Positions 26,066 to 35,546 of a DNA stretch of 53,820 nt are shown here, piece after piece (within the stretch, counting starts at the first letter, position 1; each line of letters begins with the position of its first letter). This DNA is from a virus (lineage: Duplodnaviria; Caudoviricetes): positions 1 through 53,820 of the IMG/VR virus record IMGVR_UViG_3300025671_012102; one strand, 5' to 3'. The notes under the pieces were generated by a model, which was not told the DNA's origin, ran no database searches, and saw nothing but the letters and a program-made list of their open reading frames with translations. The translations under genes were made by a program, and so were the position numbers.

Positions 26066-27966
26066 TGAGCAATCCTACAGATTTTGAAACACCAGAAGTG
26101 TCGGAAGAGCTAAGCGACAATCTTGGTACCAAAGTGCGCGGCTTGTTTGCGACCGCTGAGCGTGAGCGTCGTGATTACGAGGATCAATGGCTTAAAGATT
26201 TGCGTCAATACAAAGGTGTTTACGACGATGAAGTTGTTGCGAATATCGCAGCAGGCCGTAGTAAGACATTCATTCGCTTAACTCGCTCAAAAGTAAAAGC
26301 CATGGATTCTCGTTTGATGGATATTCAGTTTCCAGCGGGTAGCCAGAAGAACTACAGACTTGAAGCAACCCCCGTTCCTGATATCGATCCAACATTACGC
26401 GAGCAAGTCATTAACGAATGGTTTGCTCAAAACGCATCACAAAGCGACTTACCACCACAGCCACCGACGCCAGAGCAGATAGAAGACGTTATTAAAGAAG
26501 CAGCAGAAGATCGTGTTGAGCGAATGTCTGAAGAGATTGACGATCAGTTAAGCGAGCTGAAATACCGCGAAATCTGCAAAGACGTTATTCATAGCGGTAA
26601 TGTGTTTGGCACTGGTGTTTTGAAAGGTCCATTGTTTGAAACTCGGCTCAAGAAGCGCTGGATAGAAACGGCTCAAGGTGTTTCGCTCGTTGAGCATGAG
26701 GAAATGAAGCCTTACTTTGAGTTCGTGCCAATTTGGGATATTTACCCAGATATGAACGCCATGACGCTAGAGGACTGCGAGTACGTTATTCAGCGCCACA
26801 CAATGCTAGCCTCAGACCTTCGCCAGCTTGCCCGACGTGGTGACTTCGATAAGAAGAAGATCAAGGAATACATTGCTGCGAATCGTAACGGTGACAAGAG
26901 CCAGACTAAGCAGCATGAGCAAGAATTACGCTACATCAACGGAAACAAAGACTCTGTATCAGCAATCGATAATAAACAGTATGAAGTGCTTGAATTCTGG
27001 GGTTATGTTGACGGTCAAGACCTTGTCGATATGGGTGTGGAAGGTATTGGCGAAGATGAAATAGACGATGAATTCGAAGCGAATGTGTGGGTTCTAGGTA
27101 ATACGGTCATCAAAGCCGAGCTAAACCCAACTGCACATGGGACTCGCCCTTATAACTTCTATTACTTTGAAAAAGATGAGACGGGGATTTTTGGTGTTGG
27201 CCTTCCTGCCATCCTTGCCGACACTCAAAGCATGTTTAACGCTGCCATTCGTATGAGCATTGATAACGCAGCTATTTCATCAGGAGCGCAGTTCGAGATT
27301 GATTTGACTGTGTTAGACATAAATAAAAATCCAGAAGCTACAAAGATCTTCCCAAATCGCGTTTGGTTTAAAACTGGCAACTCTTCTGATAATCGAAAAG
27401 CTCTTACTGTTCACACTATCCCAAATAACACCAGCCAGCTTCTTAACCTGGCACAGCTTGCAAAAGAATTGGGCGATGAAGCCAGTACTATGCCGAGCTA
27501 TATGGGCGGCAATGATGCAGGGATTGGTGGTGCAGGCGATACAGCCAGTGGGTTATCTATGCTCATGGGTGCTGCAGGAATCACCGTGAAAGACGTTGCC
27601 CTTAACTTTGATATGGGTATCACTCAGCCAGCCATGACAGCTTTGTACAACTGGAATATGCAGTTCAATCCTAACCGTGAAATCAAGGGCGATATGAATG
27701 TCACCGCTTTGGGCGCTGTTTCTCTCGTTGCAAAAGAGATCAAGAGTAAGCAGCTTACCGAATTTGCGGTATCAACTAGCAATCCAATGGATGCCCCTTA
27801 TGTTAACCGTCAGAAGCTTAATGCTGAACGAGTCAAAGCGCTCGATTTACCAGAAGATATTTTGTACACCAAAGAAGAATCTGACCAGCTGCAATCTCTA
27901 CAGCAAGAAAACCAAGCTCTTATGCAGCAACTACAAAAGCAGGTAGGTACTGATGTCGCAGCATGA
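26065..27966 (+). CDS. Portal protein
   Basis: 633 aa directly after terL; FGTGVLKGP, TASGLSMLMGAA motifs. Confidence 0.85.
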   Translation: MSNPTDFETPEVSEELSDNLGTKVRGLFATAERERRDYEDQWLKDLRQYKGVYDDEVVANIAAGRSKTFIRLTRSKVKAMDSRLMDIQFPAGSQKNYRLEATPVPDIDPTLREQVINEWFAQNASQSDLPPQPPTPEQIEDVIKEAAEDRVERMSEEIDDQLSELKYREICKDVIHSGNVFGTGVLKGPLFETRLKKRWIETAQGVSLVEHEEMKPYFEFVPIWDIYPDMNAMTLEDCEYVIQRHTMLASDLRQLARRGDFDKKKIKEYIAANRNGDKSQTKQHEQELRYINGNKDSVSAIDNKQYEVLEFWGYVDGQDLVDMGVEGIGEDEIDDEFEANVWVLGNTVIKAELNPTAHGTRPYNFYYFEKDETGIFGVGLPAILADTQSMFNAAIRMSIDNAAISSGAQFEIDLTVLDINKNPEATKIFPNRVWFKTGNSSDNRKALTVHTIPNNTSQLLNLAQLAKELGDEASTMPSYMGGNDAGIGGAGDTASGLSMLMGAAGITVKDVALNFDMGITQPAMTALYNWNMQFNPNREIKGDMNVTALGAVSLVAKEIKSKQLTEFAVSTSNPMDAPYVNRQKLNAERVKALDLPEDILYTKEESDQLQSLQQENQALMQQLQKQVGTDVAA

Positions 27967-28192
27967 TTACTATGATGAAGCACTAAAAAAGCTTAAAGAG
28001 TCTGATAACGCTAAGCGCCTTACCATCAACCTATTGAAAGCATCGGTAGAGAAGTGGAAAGAGGATTGTATTGGCGCGACTCACATTGAAATTGACCGTT
28101 ACCATGGCGCCATCATTCACACCCGATCAACCATTGATTTACTCGAACAAGATTTAAAAGGCTTTGAGCTACAGACTCAAAGTTACACCTAA
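27953..28192 (+). CDS. Small head-module protein
   Basis: Overlaps the portal end; typical position. Confidence 0.6.
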   Translation: MSQHDYYDEALKKLKESDNAKRLTINLLKASVEKWKEDCIGATHIEIDRYHGAIIHTRSTIDLLEQDLKGFELQTQSYT

Positions 28193-28281
28193 TTTGCCCC
28201 TCGCCAGAGGACAGCAAACAACCCGCCATGTGCGGGTTTTTTTGTATCTGGATACTACCAAACTAGCCCGGAGAAATAGCA

Positions 28282-29124
28282 ATGCCGAAAGATGAACTTG
28301 AACTAAGTGCTGAACAATTAGAAGCAAAAGCATTCGACGATGCGTGGAATGACGATGCACCTGATACCGATGACTTTGCAGATGACGTTGACGACGATAC
28401 TTCTGATGAAGAAGCCGAAGACGACACAGACGAAGACAGCACGGACGAATTGGAAGAAGAAAGCGACGAGGATGAATCAGACGATCAGGACGAGGACGAG
28501 TCCACAGAAACGGATGAAAACGCAGAGCAGCCAACCGAAGACAAAGACGCACAGCGCCTAAAATCTTGGGAGGGTCGACTTAGGGCCGATGAAGCGCGAT
28601 TGAAAAAAGAGCGTGAAGAAATTGAGCGTAAGCGCAAGGAAGCTGAGCAGCAAAACGGCAATGAATCTGATGACCAGCAGGATACCGACAACGGCCCTGA
28701 CGAATTTGAAGAAGAGTTTCCAGAAGTTGCCGATTATCTGAAAAAGCATATTCAACCACTTCGAGAGCAATTATCGCAAAGCCAGCTTAAACAGCAGCAA
28801 GAAGCAGCTGAGGCACATATCAATCGAATTACTGCCTCACATCCAGATGCTTTAACGGTTGCTGGAAGCGAAGACTTTAAATCATGGATTGATGATCAGC
28901 CTTACAAGAAAGCGAAAGACTACGTTCATGTTCAGCAAAACGGCACACCAGAGCAGGTCATTGCCATGCTCGACGACTTCAAAAAACACAAATCCGAATC
29001 CACTAAGTCAGCCCCCACCAAACAACCATCGAGCGTCGTTAAAACTCGACGTACAGCCAAGCCAAAAGGCCGTGTGTCGAAAAATGACTTCGATGGCGCG
29101 TGGGAAGAGGCTAACAGCAATTAA
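28282..29124 (+). CDS. Capsid scaffolding protein
   Basis: Highly acidic coiled-coil protein (KSWEGRL, HPDA) directly before the capsid gene. Confidence 0.75.
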   Translation: MPKDELELSAEQLEAKAFDDAWNDDAPDTDDFADDVDDDTSDEEAEDDTDEDSTDELEEESDEDESDDQDEDESTETDENAEQPTEDKDAQRLKSWEGRLRADEARLKKEREEIERKRKEAEQQNGNESDDQQDTDNGPDEFEEEFPEVADYLKKHIQPLREQLSQSQLKQQQEAAEAHINRITASHPDALTVAGSEDFKSWIDDQPYKKAKDYVHVQQNGTPEQVIAMLDDFKKHKSESTKSAPTKQPSSVVKTRRTAKPKGRVSKNDFDGAWEEANSN

Positions 29125-29136
29125 TAGGAAGCCATT

Positions 29137-30120
29137 ATGAAATACGGTGATATTTCTCCACGTACTGCCGCGCATGTATCCAAACAGTTATTGGAGCGCG
29201 GCATCCCTTACATGTGTTTGGAGCTATTTGGTCAAACAAAACCATTACCAGCAAACTCCACGCAATCCATGACGTTCCGACGTTATGAAGCGCTTGATCC
29301 AACTCCCAAGGTGCTTACTGAAGGCGTCACACCTTCAGGTAACACGCTAACCAAAACAGACATTACCATTCAAACCGAACAAGTTGGTGATTGGATTGAA
29401 TTGACTGATGTGATCCAAGATACACATGAAGATCCGGTGTTGTCTGAATCGGTAGATATTTTAGGCGAGCAGTCTGCAGAAATGCTTGAGCTTATGCGAT
29501 ATGGCAAATTAAAAGCAGGCTCTACAGTGTTTTATGCTGGCACAGGCGTAGTGTCGCGAGACGGTGTGAAAACCAAAATGACTCGTGACCTACAGCGTAA
29601 GGTAACGCGTTTTTTGCAGGCTCAAAAAGCTAAGAAAATTACTAAACGTGTTGCCGCTTCTCCAAATTACGGCACCTCCCCTGTCGCACCTGCCTATGTG
29701 GGTATTTGCCATACGGACTTGGATAGCGATATTCGAGACATGGAAGGCTTTGTTCCAGTTGAAAAGTACGGTTCCGGCATGTCCCCGTTTGAAGGCGAAA
29801 TTGGTAAGTGTGAGTCAGTGCGCTATATCTGCTCTCCAGTGTTTAATCCTTTTGCCGATGCAGGCGCAGCAAGCTCTGATATGTTGTCCACCACTGGAAC
29901 AAACGCTGACGTTTACCCGATTATGTTCTTTGGTGCGAACGCATACGCACTGGTGCCGTTTAAAGGCAAAAACGCAGTTACCCCAATGGTGGTTAACCCT
30001 AAACCGGCAAACGGTGATCCATTAGGTCAGCGTGGTTCTGTGGGTTGGAAGACTCGCACTGGTACCGTAATTTTGAATGACTTATGGATGGCGCGCGTTG
30101 AGGTTTCAGCAAGCGAATAA
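29137..30120 (+). CDS. Major capsid protein, N4-gp56 family
   Basis: YGDISPRTAA, LTEGVTP, DPLGQRGSVGWK, LNDLWMARVEV. Confidence 0.9.
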   Translation: MKYGDISPRTAAHVSKQLLERGIPYMCLELFGQTKPLPANSTQSMTFRRYEALDPTPKVLTEGVTPSGNTLTKTDITIQTEQVGDWIELTDVIQDTHEDPVLSESVDILGEQSAEMLELMRYGKLKAGSTVFYAGTGVVSRDGVKTKMTRDLQRKVTRFLQAQKAKKITKRVAASPNYGTSPVAPAYVGICHTDLDSDIRDMEGFVPVEKYGSGMSPFEGEIGKCESVRYICSPVFNPFADAGAASSDMLSTTGTNADVYPIMFFGANAYALVPFKGKNAVTPMVVNPKPANGDPLGQRGSVGWKTRTGTVILNDLWMARVEVSASE

Positions 30121-30136
30121 TCCATAAAGCAAACCC

Positions 30137-30168
30137 AAAAAGGCTCACTAATTCAGTGGGCCTTTTTT
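30137..30168 (+). terminator. Intrinsic terminator after the capsid gene
   Basis: AAAAAGGCTCACT-AATTC-AGTGGGCCTTTTTT. Confidence 0.8.
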
Positions 30169-30201
30169 GTTTCTCCATTTTACTTATTTAAAGGTGATGA
30201 T

Positions 30202-30654
30202 ATGTCCGCTAAAAAATATACAAAAACTGCTCTTGGATCTTTAACTGAAGATGAGCTTATTCAAATCGGTGCTGATGACTTCAACTTAGAGCTTGATGAA
30301 GAAATGTCAAAAGACGATATGGTTGAAGAAATCTGGGAAGCAATCAAGGCAAGTAAAGAGAGCGAAAAAGATGCTAACGAGTCGCTTAAAGCAACGCCCA
30401 ACGACCAAAAAGAAAAGGTCGAAATTGAAGTGGCTAAAGGTGGCGAAAACGAACCTGATTATGTGGCCCCTGCCATTAACGGCAAGGTGTGGCGAATCAA
30501 ACGTGGCGAAAAAGTTATGGTTCCTAAGTTTGTAGCGCGTCACCTACAAAGTCTTTCTAACACTATTTATAAAGAAGTGAAAGATAGCAACGGTAAGGTG
30601 ATTGCTCGTAAGGCCGAAGAAGTGAAACGCTTTAACGTACAGGTAAGTATCTAA
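30202..30654 (+). CDS. Virion-module hypothetical protein
   Basis: N-terminal Rho-N/HeH-like helices; INGKVWRIKRGEKVMVP C-terminal domain. Confidence 0.65.
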   Translation: MSAKKYTKTALGSLTEDELIQIGADDFNLELDEEMSKDDMVEEIWEAIKASKESEKDANESLKATPNDQKEKVEIEVAKGGENEPDYVAPAINGKVWRIKRGEKVMVPKFVARHLQSLSNTIYKEVKDSNGKVIARKAEEVKRFNVQVSI

Positions 30655-31016
30655 TGGCTGCGCTGGCTGAGTTCCGCATTGATATTGCGCCTGATGTGCA
30701 GCAGTGTCCGACGCTCTTTATTGACCGTCAGTTAATTCACGTCGCTATTGAGTTTTGCAAAGAGACAAAGATTGCGGAGCCGCCAGCGCTAAGTTCTAAC
30801 GAAGTACCGGACGAGCTTTTGGAGTACATCGAAGGGATAGCCCACGGTGTAAAGGCTCGCTTATTTGCAATGCCAAGTAAGCCGTGGACACAGACAAATC
30901 TCGTCGATTATCACCAAAACAAATTTGTTGAAGCAAAAGCAGACGCTAAAGCGGCTTACATCATTGGCGAGCAATCCAACCCACTAACCATTGAATCTAA
31001 GCCGTTCGGCTTTTAG
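30654..31016 (+). CDS. Putative head-tail adaptor protein
   Basis: Position; AIEFCKET and MPSKPWT motifs. Confidence 0.6.
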   Translation: MAALAEFRIDIAPDVQQCPTLFIDRQLIHVAIEFCKETKIAEPPALSSNEVPDELLEYIEGIAHGVKARLFAMPSKPWTQTNLVDYHQNKFVEAKADAKAAYIIGEQSNPLTIESKPFGF

Positions 31017-31024
31017 GAATCATC

Positions 31025-31696
31025 ATGGCAACCACATTAGTCGTAAAAGTCATTAAGCGCGTCCAGCGTATTATCAATGATAAAACAGGGATCATTTGGC
31101 CTGAATCTGAATTGCTCGAAGACTTTAACGATGCGATTAAAGACATTGTTTTGCATCGTCCAGATGCCAGCACAATTAACACAGTATTTGATTGCGCTAC
31201 TAGCTCAAGCAAGCAGCTCTTGCCTAGCGATGCATTGCGATTGGTGGAGGTGGTTCGAAATATTGGCGGGAACGTCATCACTAATATTGATCGATCTACG
31301 CTGAATGCGACGCGCCCTGATTGGCACCAAAGCACACCAACGATTGCGATAGAGCATTACGTTTATGATGAACGTGATCCTAAGACGTTCTATCTCTATC
31401 CGCGTCCTGCGAATAACGGTGAAGACGCGCACCAAATCGAAATCGTGTATTCAACATGTCCCGCTGATATCGAAATAGATGAAGCGAGCATTAAAAACGG
31501 CTCTAGCACAATTACCATTCCAATTGATGACACTTATTCAAATGCGATTATTGATTTCATGTTAGCGCGAGCGTACAGCAAAGACCTTGGTTCTGCGGCT
31601 AACGCTAATCGATCAGCGCGTCATTACCAGCTATATGGGAACGCTTTGGGCGTAAAACTTCAGTCTGATGCAATGATGATGAAAGAGGGGGCTTAA
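31025..31696 (+). CDS. Adaptor/tail tubular-like protein (DUF6682-like)
   Basis: WPESELL, RPDA, YDERDPKTFYLYP, RAYSKD. Confidence 0.7.
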   Translation: MATTLVVKVIKRVQRIINDKTGIIWPESELLEDFNDAIKDIVLHRPDASTINTVFDCATSSSKQLLPSDALRLVEVVRNIGGNVITNIDRSTLNATRPDWHQSTPTIAIEHYVYDERDPKTFYLYPRPANNGEDAHQIEIVYSTCPADIEIDEASIKNGSSTITIPIDDTYSNAIIDFMLARAYSKDLGSAANANRSARHYQLYGNALGVKLQSDAMMMKEGA

Positions 31697-31699
31697 ACC

Positions 31700-33289
31700 A
31701 TGGCCTGGCCGACATTTACCGTTGATGTAACGCAAAACAGCAATCAGATTAAGGTTTATGGACCTGTACCAGCTAGCCAGTTACCTGCTGGTTTTGAGGC
31801 TATCATCAACGGCATTGGAAACCTAGAAGTAAGTTACGGTACAGCTGTCATGTATGACGGCTCAAACAACCCTTACTCTCACTTGTATTTAGCACGCCCA
31901 TATAAAGGTTCGACAGCTAGCAATGTAGAAATGGTCGTCAAGCCAACTGGCTCGCAATTTAACGATGTTGTTAGCATTTTCCAGAACGCCTCTAATTTAC
32001 TAAACAGCACCATGGCCGGCTTTCGCCAGTTCGTTGAAGGTACCAGCCCTGTATCTTTTCAACCGTTGGATGAGAATGCCGAGCCTATTTCCATTAAGCC
32101 ATTACTGCAGATGAATCAGGAAGCCCAAGCAGCGGTAAACCAAGCTATTAGCGCCTTCCAGAACGCAGCAGGCACCGCAGCTGGCTATGACGTTACGTCA
32201 AGTACGACTGATACAGGGAATGGTGCGAATGGTAAGCCTAAGTTGTTGAGGGTTGGGGATGGAGGGATTTTGGGAAATCCCATTCCTATTGCAAGCGGTA
32301 ATCTTGATTCAGTAATAGTGCCAGGGGTTTATGCCGTTAGTTCTGGAACAATTGGCAATCCAACAAATGATAACGGAGTGCTAATCGTTAGCCTTCGAGC
32401 AGCTAACCGAATACATCATCGATTTTTGCAACTTGGAGGGCAAAATTTTGTTGGTGAATACGAAAGGGTGAGTTATGGCTCGATGCTGTGGTCGCCATTT
32501 GAGAAGGTATTAACAACTGGCAACACTGGTACAGCTGTTGGCTATGATGTGACATCTAACGCGACTGATAAAACGCCAAACAGATTGTTGAAAGTGGGTG
32601 ATTTTGGTCTAGGAGGTGGGGGGTTATACGGGTTTTTTGGCCTTGATCTAAATAACTATATTGAAACGGGTGTTTACAGAAATTCGTCACATGCGAATTG
32701 GAATAACTCAACAAATAAACCTCCGTCTATTGCAACAGCACTTAACCAGACGTTTGTTCTTACTGTAGACAGAAATCAATCATCAGCTTTAACGCAAATG
32801 CTTCATGTTGAATCTAATAGATTTTTTATAAGAGCTAGAAATATAACTGATACATGGACGCCATGGCGAGAGGTTCTTCACACTGGCAACCTAGTAGGTA
32901 CAGTATCTCAATCATCAAGTGTACCAACTGGTGCAATCATTCAACGCGGCTCAAATGCAAACGGCGAATACACTAAGTTTGCGGATGGTACGATGATTTG
33001 TGTTGCAGATAAATCTCTGACTTTTGGGTCTAGTGCAGCTGCAACTATTGGCGGGTTGGCGGGCTTTAGAACTAGCTCCGGTGATGTTGCGACACAATTC
33101 ACTTTACCATCATCATTTTCTGGTGAATTTTCAGTCGTCATCTCATCCAGAGTTTCAACTGGTCCATTAATTATATTGGGTGGTGGCAGGACTTCTGACT
33201 CGGTTGCATATATTAGTGCTTTTAGCACTATGAGTTGGTCTAATTTGATGCAGACTTTTAATTATGTATGTATTGGCCGCTGGTACTAA
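31700..33289 (+). CDS. Tail fiber with repeated knob domains
   Basis: Two GTA.GYDVTS...LL.VGD.G repeats, WTPWREVLHTGN, RGSNANGEYTKFADGTMIC, C-terminal IGRWY. Confidence 0.85.
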   Translation: MAWPTFTVDVTQNSNQIKVYGPVPASQLPAGFEAIINGIGNLEVSYGTAVMYDGSNNPYSHLYLARPYKGSTASNVEMVVKPTGSQFNDVVSIFQNASNLLNSTMAGFRQFVEGTSPVSFQPLDENAEPISIKPLLQMNQEAQAAVNQAISAFQNAAGTAAGYDVTSSTTDTGNGANGKPKLLRVGDGGILGNPIPIASGNLDSVIVPGVYAVSSGTIGNPTNDNGVLIVSLRAANRIHHRFLQLGGQNFVGEYERVSYGSMLWSPFEKVLTTGNTGTAVGYDVTSNATDKTPNRLLKVGDFGLGGGGLYGFFGLDLNNYIETGVYRNSSHANWNNSTNKPPSIATALNQTFVLTVDRNQSSALTQMLHVESNRFFIRARNITDTWTPWREVLHTGNLVGTVSQSSSVPTGAIIQRGSNANGEYTKFADGTMICVADKSLTFGSSAAATIGGLAGFRTSSGDVATQFTLPSSFSGEFSVVISSRVSTGPLIILGGGRTSDSVAYISAFSTMSWSNLMQTFNYVCIGRWY

Positions 33290-33298
33290 GGAGCACTT

Positions 33299-33670
33299 AT
33301 GAAAATAATTTTATCCCCTACAGATTCAAATAAAACAACAACTGTTTCATTGTCCGGCTTAGTTTTAACTATCGATGATGTTGAATATGATCTGTCAGTC
33401 ATTCCAGAGGGTGGCCAAGCAGAGCCCGAAGAAGACTCTCATTTCATCGGCATAGTTACTCGTGAATCTGTCACGATTAAATACGAGTATGACAGCTTAA
33501 AAGCGGAGCCGAACCAGTCAACTGATTGGGCTGATTACACGTTTGATATTGATGAGGGCGAGGTTCCTTGCCCTATTAAGTGGTTACCAGAGCCAGAAGT
33601 TCTTGCGCCTGTAGTGGAGCCCGATCAAATAGATGAAGACCTTATTCAATCGGAGTCTGAGAATGTTTAA
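33299..33670 (+). CDS. Tail fiber assembly/accessory protein
   Basis: MKIILSP...LTIDDVEYDLS.IPEGG; follows the fiber gene. Confidence 0.65.
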   Translation: MKIILSPTDSNKTTTVSLSGLVLTIDDVEYDLSVIPEGGQAEPEEDSHFIGIVTRESVTIKYEYDSLKAEPNQSTDWADYTFDIDEGEVPCPIKWLPEPEVLAPVVEPDQIDEDLIQSESENV

Positions 33671-33893
33671 AAATATCAAAACAGCTGAGCAATTAGCTGT
33701 TGAAAAATTAGCAGCTGAGCAAGCGCAGAAAGTTGCTGAGTCAAAAGCCTATCTCGCTAAGACCGATTGGATTATCTCGAAAGTGGGTGAGGCAGCAATG
33801 CTAGGAGAGGGAGCTGAAGCTCTCAAAACGAAATATGCAGTTGAAATCGCAGCACGAGAAGAAGCGAGAGCATTAATTAACTTGCACGAGTAA
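33663..33893 (+). CDS. Small tail-fiber-associated protein
   Basis: AYLAKTDW...REEARALI pattern. Confidence 0.6.
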   Translation: MFKNIKTAEQLAVEKLAAEQAQKVAESKAYLAKTDWIISKVGEAAMLGEGAEALKTKYAVEIAAREEARALINLHE

Positions 33894-33950
33894 CAAACAC
33901 TCAAATAACCCACGGCCGCGAAAGCGGTTTTTTTATACCTGAGAAAACCT

Positions 33951-35546
33951 ATGACCCTACGAATCACAGATTTTGCTGGCATAGCGCCCGTTGTTGCCCC
34001 ACACAAACTTAATACGCTTGCTCAGGTTGCCAAGAATGTCCGACTCGAAAGTGGCCAGCTTGAAGCGATGAAGGGCAATGCGTTTGTTGCGTCGACACAA
34101 CTTAACAATATTCAGTCCATTGCACGCTATCAGCCTGGTGAAACACCTTACTGGTTTGAGTTTAGTTCTCACGTCGATATGGTGCCGTCTCAGATATTTG
34201 GTTCAGCACGTAGTGAAATGTATTGGACGGATGGCGTGAAGCCAAAGCGCACCACGTCAAGCATTGCTACGGCAAGCGCGCCATATCCAAGTGCATCTTT
34301 TTCTTTGGGAGTGCCTGCGCCAGACGGCCAGATAGTTGCGAGCGATATTACAGGCGATGAGCCAGAAACGGACTTTGAATTGGAAGATCGTGTGTATGTG
34401 GTCACGTTTGTGACAGAGGAAGGTTACGAGGGGGCGCCATCGTTGCCAGTTAACATTGAGCTAGGAACCGAGCAGGGCTGTACGCTTTCTAATTTACCAA
34501 CTTCATACGATGGTAACTACAACATCACTCGAAAACGCATTTACCGTGGCACCGCTGCATCGAGTGATATTCATTTTCTTACCGAGTTGGATTTAGCGAC
34601 AAGCACTCATGTTGATACTGCAGAAGCATTAACACTTGGTGAGGCGCTATCAACTTACGACTACGATTTGCCGCCTGATGACTTAATAGGGCTGACTGTT
34701 ATGCCCAATGGTGTGCTTGCTGGCTTTAACGACAATCAGCTTTGCTTTTCAGAACCTTTCTTGCCTTACGCTTGGCCTACTATCTACAGATTAACAACCG
34801 AAAACCCGATAGTGGGCATTGCGGCTATTGGTTCTGGCTTGCTAGTGACAACGACGGGTAAACCGTATTTGGCGTTGGGTACGACACCGGGCTCTATTCT
34901 GCTTCAGCAAATGGACAGTAACCAAGCATGCGTTAGTAAGCGTAGTTTGGTTGATGTGGGCAATGCTGCTATTTATGCATCCCCTGATGGTTTGGCTAAG
35001 GGAAGTGCGTCAGGCGTTCAATTAATCGGTGACGACTTGTTTTCTCGTGATCAATGGCAGGCACTAAAGCCTGAAAGTATTCACGCTTATTACCACGATG
35101 AAAAGTATATTTTCTTCTATGATAATGGCGCCAAGCGAGGTGGTTATATTTTAGATCCGTCAGCAAAGACGGGCGCGTTAACTGAGTTAGATTTTTACGT
35201 CGATTCGGGCTTTAACGATTTGGCGACGGACACCCTTTATTTCCTTAAAGACGGTGAGATCCTTTCCTTCCAACATGGCGATCCTGTCAGCTACACATGG
35301 CGTTCGGCACAATTCCAACTACCTAATTTAATGCCATACAGCGTTTGTCGTGTCGTGGCTGACTCTTACCCCGCTGAAATATCGATTATTTACGATGGTG
35401 AAGAAACGGTAATGACCTATGTGGATGATCAGCCGTTTCGTTTTCCTGCTGGACGACGAGCTCGCTTTATCGAGGTAGAGCTTCGCGGGACCAACTCAGT
35501 AAAGCAAGTCATGCTTGGCAATGATATGGAGTCTGTAAATGGCTAA
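33951..35546 (+). CDS. Tail nozzle/stabilisation protein (podovirus-type)
   Basis: Beta-rich; FSEPFLPYAWP and YASPDGL motifs. Confidence 0.7.
   Translation: MTLRITDFAGIAPVVAPHKLNTLAQVAKNVRLESGQLEAMKGNAFVASTQLNNIQSIARYQPGETPYWFEFSSHVDMVPSQIFGSARSEMYWTDGVKPKRTTSSIATASAPYPSASFSLGVPAPDGQIVASDITGDEPETDFELEDRVYVVTFVTEEGYEGAPSLPVNIELGTEQGCTLSNLPTSYDGNYNITRKRIYRGTAASSDIHFLTELDLATSTHVDTAEALTLGEALSTYDYDLPPDDLIGLTVMPNGVLAGFNDNQLCFSEPFLPYAWPTIYRLTTENPIVGIAAIGSGLLVTTTGKPYLALGTTPGSILLQQMDSNQACVSKRSLVDVGNAAIYASPDGLAKGSASGVQLIGDDLFSRDQWQALKPESIHAYYHDEKYIFFYDNGAKRGGYILDPSAKTGALTELDFYVDSGFNDLATDTLYFLKDGEILSFQHGDPVSYTWRSAQFQLPNLMPYSVCRVVADSYPAEISIIYDGEETVMTYVDDQPFRFPAGRRARFIEVELRGTNSVKQVMLGNDMESVNG

Noticed and set aside
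28340-28720. Low-complexity GAC/GAA repeats
   Set aside because: They encode the acidic region of the scaffolding protein.
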